Below, piece after piece: positions 20,121-24,182 of a stretch of DNA of 24,182 nucleotides. The position numbers and the translations under genes are program-made. Source of the stretch: a bacterium (GTDB lineage Bacteria > SAR324 > NAC60-12). Location of the stretch: positions 1-24,182 of the forward strand of contig CBDDTI010000552.1 of assembly GCA_965233585.1 (NCBI GenBank), in the 5' to 3' direction. Below the pieces are notes generated by a model. It did no database searches. It saw only the letters and a list, made by a program, of their open reading frames with translations, and was not told where the DNA came from. Each line of letters opens with the position of its first letter. Position 1 is the first letter of the stretch.

Positions 20121-20599
20121 CACACATGTTCTTACTTTCATTGCCAATAAAAAATAACAAAATTGTTTTCGGTGTCAAAGAGCTAGGTGCTACATGCCAC
20201 AAACATCATCCTGCTACAAAATCACATGCCTAGCACATGGTTTTGTTCTTGATTGCCAACAAGAAACTACGAAATGTTTTCCGGGTCAAACTGCAAATTG
20301 CTACAGTTTTTTTAATGTTATCACATGTTAACCAAAAAAAACAACCACAAAATGGCTTTACAACCTAACCATGTAAACCCAAACAATGCCTTCAAAAAAC
20401 TACTTTGCTACAAAATGATAGCCGTGAGTACATTTTTGAAACCATGTTTTACCGATAAACTGGATTACATTGTGGGCCCAAGGCCCATCAATCTGTAGTT
20501 GAAATTTCAACGCAGGTTATCTGTGCGCAATTTGTTTTCGAATTTTATGTTCCCCGGTTTCTTTGTGGTACAAGTAATTTAATTCCGTTTTCTTGGCGA

Positions 20600-22135
20600 G
20601 GTGGTTTTCCCACGTATTTGTAACATTTTGATTTTTACAAGGCGTACACATCGAATTTGCAGTGTTTTAAAGGTTGGATCTCTCATGCGCAGGACGCCCG
20701 CAACATTTTGGAGTTTGATTTTTTCGTTCGGCTGGCATTTGCAACATTTTGGGGCCTGGTTCCTCCATGCGCATGGTGTTTGCAACATGTTGATGTACTG
20801 CTGGCCTAGTTTTTTTGGGTGGGTTTAGGGTTTGGTGTAGGGTTGGTTTGGTGTTTATTTGTGGGAATAGTTAGCATAATCTGGGTTGGGTAAGGTTGAA
20901 TTATGTTTCGGGTTTATTTGGGATTGGTTTAGACTGTATTAAGTAAGGGTTGGTTTGCGGATTGATGGTTCATTAGAATTCGTTCAGAGTCGTCTATTTT
21001 TTCCACATTTCTTTACAGTTGGTTTGACACGTTTTTGCTGTCGGCTCAAGGGTTACTTGGAATGGTTTAGGCGTTGTTTCGGGTTGATTTCATTTTTTTG
21101 GGGTTGGCTTAATTTTTTCCGCGCAACTTTTCTACAGAAAGTCTCGGCTGGATGCTTGATGAAAAACGTCAACGGGTAAAACACGCGCGGGTTTTGTACT
21201 GGCCAGGTTCCAGCTGTGCTTTGGTGGTGCTTTCCGATGGGTGTGCAAAAATACGGGGTCCATCGGGGTCCCATGTTGGCAATGGTGGCCGGCTTGGTTC
21301 GCTGGCGCCGGGCTGGCCTTGTGGCAGGAGCTGGCTTGGGAGAAGTGTTTGGCCATCAAAGTGTGGCTGCGACTGACTCATCTTGGAGCGTTGCCGCGAG
21401 CGGAGGAAGCCGGATGAGAAACCATGGCCTGTGTAAGGTTAGCGTCGGTGTATTGCATATTGACGTTTGATTTAGCGTATGTCTCGTGTTTTTGTGAGTG
21501 TTATGTCGGATGGGTATAAAGTTTGTCTATTAAATTTGTTTAGGATTTGTTTTGCGTTGGTTTAACTCTTATTTAAGGATATTTAGGGCTGGTTTGTTTG
21601 TGTTTTTGTTGGCATTTGTTACACGTTGGAGCTTGGATCTCTCATGTGCATAGTGCTTGCGACATGTTGGTTTACGGCTGGCTTCAGGATTAGTTAGGAT
21701 TGGTTCAGGGTTTGTTGGTTTGTTCAAGGGTTGGTTTAGAGTCTATTTCAAATTGGTTTAAGGTTTTAGGGTTTATGAGGGTTGGTTTAAAATTATGTAT
21801 ATCTGTCTGGTTTCGGGTTCATTTAAATCGGGTTGGTTTAGTGGTTAGTTATTTGGTATTAATTTGAAATACGGTTTGTCTAAGGTTTGTTTAGGGTTTA
21901 TTAATTTATGATATTTATGTAGGGTTGGTTTGGTGGTTATTTGGTGTTGGTTGAAAGTGCAATCACGGTTGGTTTAGGATTTATCATTATCTAAATCATT
22001 CTAAATCTAAGATCTGCTTAAGGTGTCTTTAAATTTGTTTTTGCATGTTTTTGTTGTATTTTGGGTTGCTTTACAATTAGTTTGATTGTTATTTATTGTT
22101 GGTTCATAAGTGTTTAGGGTTGGCTTAAGGTTTGA
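20600..22135 (+). repeat. G/T-skewed degenerate repeat region with scattered TTTAGGG and gcaacatttt motifs around a GC-rich core (21170-21440)
   Basis: Strong strand skew; ttggatctctcatg.gca repeated at ~20674 and ~21633. Confidence 0.65.
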
Positions 22136-22137
22136 TT

Positions 22138-22225
22138 CGTTCCTTCCTTCCTTCCTTCCCTTCCTTCCCTCCCTCTCTCCCTCCCTCTCTCCCTCCCTCC
22201 CTTCCTTCCTTCCCCTCCTTCCTTT
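22138..22225 (+). repeat. (CCTT)n/(CCCT)n microsatellite
   Basis: Directly visible. Confidence 0.95.
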
Positions 22226-23155
22226 GTTCCTAAACCCTAAAACGAATAAACAACGGGCAAAACGTTTCTCCCTGCCTAGTCCAGAGACGTGTCTAGATTG
22301 GGTTTCTGTTTTGTTTCTTTATTCCGACAGATTGTGTTGAAGATGTTGAAGATTCTGTTGCGTGCAACGTGCAGTTCAAGTTCCAGCCGCATGCATTGGC
22401 GTTGAAAGGTCGTTTCTGCTTGCATCTGAGTGTTTCATCGAATCAAGGTTTGGCTACCGGAGATTGCCGTCCAACTCTTTTGAAGTGGTTCACTCATGTC
22501 ATGTGTCTTGCTTTCATCGGAGCTTGAAGCCAGCCACGCAACAGATCTCCAAACTCAATCGTGTGGTGTTGGCCGCTCTGCACTGCATCCCTCATCGATA
22601 ATTAAGTGCCATGATGTGCCATGACTTTGTCCTTCCTGTCGCTGAGTGCGCCACAATCTTGTGTGAGAAAACACGCTTTTGAGCACTTTGCCTACGAAAC
22701 ACAACAAACATCGAATATGTCAGCTCTTCTGCCGATCTTGTATTGTTTCTCTGGTTGAAGGCTGGCGCTCGTTTTGCCAGGACCATTGCCTACTGTTTTA
22801 GTTCTTTTTGGTTTGGTAGAAATCGTTTTGCCAAACACCACCCAACGTTCGATGGGTGGACTTCTTGTCGAACACCCGCGGCACGTCACTTTAGCGCCAA
22901 TGAGTCCAAGGTCTACCTTCTTGCACCTTCTTGCCGAGTAATGAGGGTACTGGCGATGACTGTTGACGGCAAACGGTAATAATTATAATATCGGTTCACG
23001 CTAGGCTGGGCCAATATGGATTGGACACTATTCACTATCACTATTCTGCCCTGCAGCCAGATATACACATCGTCACAGATTGTCAAACAAGAGCGGCGTG
23101 AACATGATCTGACCGAACAGAACGCGTTTTAGGTAGCTTGAATACATCCTTATAC

Positions 23156-23197
23156 CATGCTGAGTCTTCTTCAGCATTTCGCCGAATGTGCGCAATC
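23156..23197 (-). CDS. Probable upstream micro-exon of the adenylate kinase gene ((R)LRTFGEMLKKTQH(G))
   Basis: gag|G acceptor and G|gtataag donor. The phase fits the P-loop exon (G+GT=Gly), giving ...EMLKKTQHGFNRRNVILMFGPPASGKGT. Confidence 0.5.
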
Positions 23198-23363
23198 CTC
23201 AGAGACAGGCAATCCAGATATTTCGGATCAGCTACTCAGGTCTCTTTTTGTGGAGCCTTTCGCTTGTCTGTGCTAGATGGTACATGTTTGCATCGCTGTC
23301 ATCGCAATATGTCGCAATATTGTTCTCGGGTCAAGAGAAAAGTTCGGGGATCTTTGAGCTCAC

Positions 23364-23389
23364 TTGAGTTCACAATGATTATTGCACCC
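23364..23389 (-). CDS. Probable micro-exon ((R)GAIIIVNS)
   Basis: tag|G acceptor and A|gtgag donor; phase-compatible with both neighbouring exons. Confidence 0.45.
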
Positions 23390-23671
23390 CTAGATTCCAT
23401 TTCTGATCAGAATTAGTCACAGCTCCGCACTGTGGATATGGGATGATATGGGCATATCATATCATGATCGGCAGTGTTTCTTTGATCATCTGGCACCGCG
23501 ATGCGACACGCGACCCATCGTGGTCATTGACTGCGCAATGGTAACGCCAAACTTAACAATCCAACCACGAACATCTGTTAAACTAGACTAATCCTAATCG
23601 CTATTCAGGCTGTTCAATCCACTACAAATCCATGTACAAGTAGCATTTGGATGCCTTAAGGCAGTGGTAAC

Positions 23672-23697
23672 CTGGTATGTTTCATCACGGTGTCACC
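23672..23697 (-). CDS. Probable micro-exon (GDTVMKHT(R))
   Basis: caag|G acceptor and AG|gttacc donor; phase-compatible with the chain. Confidence 0.42.
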
Positions 23698-23869
23698 CTT
23701 GAGCACGACGCGTCTTTTTCTCATGCTCTATTTGCATTTGCCGGGGTCCAGTGCCCATTGGCCTGTCCGAAGCCAGCCGGCCGTGTCCCTTTGGGCACAG
23801 TGGCAGGACGACAACACTGGACGTTCTGCTTGCAGATGCAATGCCTACAAGTCTTACGCCAAGTCTTAC

Positions 23870-23907
23870 GCTCTGGTGAAGTACGCGACAGTATTGCCAA
23901 AGTCCAC
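23870..23907 (-). CDS. Probable micro-exon ((G)GLWQYCRVLHQS; alternative reading VDFGNTVAYFTR with a GC donor)
   Basis: ttgccag|G acceptor and |gtaag donor; reading frame ambiguous. Confidence 0.4.
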
Positions 23908-24035
23908 CTGGCAAGGGTGGCGGAGTATAATGGTGCAGTCAATCATAGTCAATGCAGTAGTGGGATGTAGTGGATCAGTGGCTATGTCACCTCACAGCAA
24001 GGTTCACGGACTCCCCTTCAAAAGGATGCAAAATC

Positions 24036-24066
24036 CTATCACAGTTGTCTCGGGTTTCATGAGTTC
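24036..24066 (-). CDS. Possible micro-exon (ELMKPETTVI(G))
   Basis: Pyrimidine-rich acceptor tcttttattttttcaag|G; needs a GA donor (AG|gatttt) to stay in phase. Confidence 0.3.
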
Positions 24067-24182
24067 CTTGAAAAAATAAAAGATATATAATCAACGTGCG
24101 CAAGAGAAATGGGTCGGCAACTGTTGGCAAAAAACAACATCAACACAAAGTTCGTAAGATTCTGCACCAACGGTCTTCGTGA

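Noticed and set aside
22250..23100. Short ORFs on both strands
   Set aside because: No recognisable motif or consistent splice-phase support.

Overview
Eukaryotic, repeat-rich genomic DNA that looks dinoflagellate (Symbiodiniaceae-like): short exons, AG|G acceptors, GC/GA donors. The organism call is an inference. The one recognisable gene is a minus-strand adenylate kinase. Its core/LID exon lies at 1-411 and its 85-nt P-loop exon at 2904-2988; probable upstream micro-exons at 23.2-24.1 kb would make nearly the whole window intronic. The introns hold a nest of non-autonomous elements: a MITE-like element interrupted by a Helitron-like element (TC...hairpin-CTGG at an A|T site), and a Helentron/DINE-1-like element with a 78-bp internal array. 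A near-identical 4.8-kb tandem duplication (927-5714 / 5714-10525) copies the P-loop exon. The most unusual signal lies at ~9.3-20.1 kb: about a dozen small, intronless, mostly decayed ORFs that share peptide motifs by eye (R.FQP/F.EGS, L.FGG.R..(D)P, (W/F)VD..R.(I/V)S(Y/W), RIG..W, HPD). They sit on both strands among recurrent TTGCYACAAAA/TACAAAATGG motifs and diverge around a 10-bp-period minisatellite. This is a candidate undescribed paralogue array. All alignments are manual and need computational confirmation.
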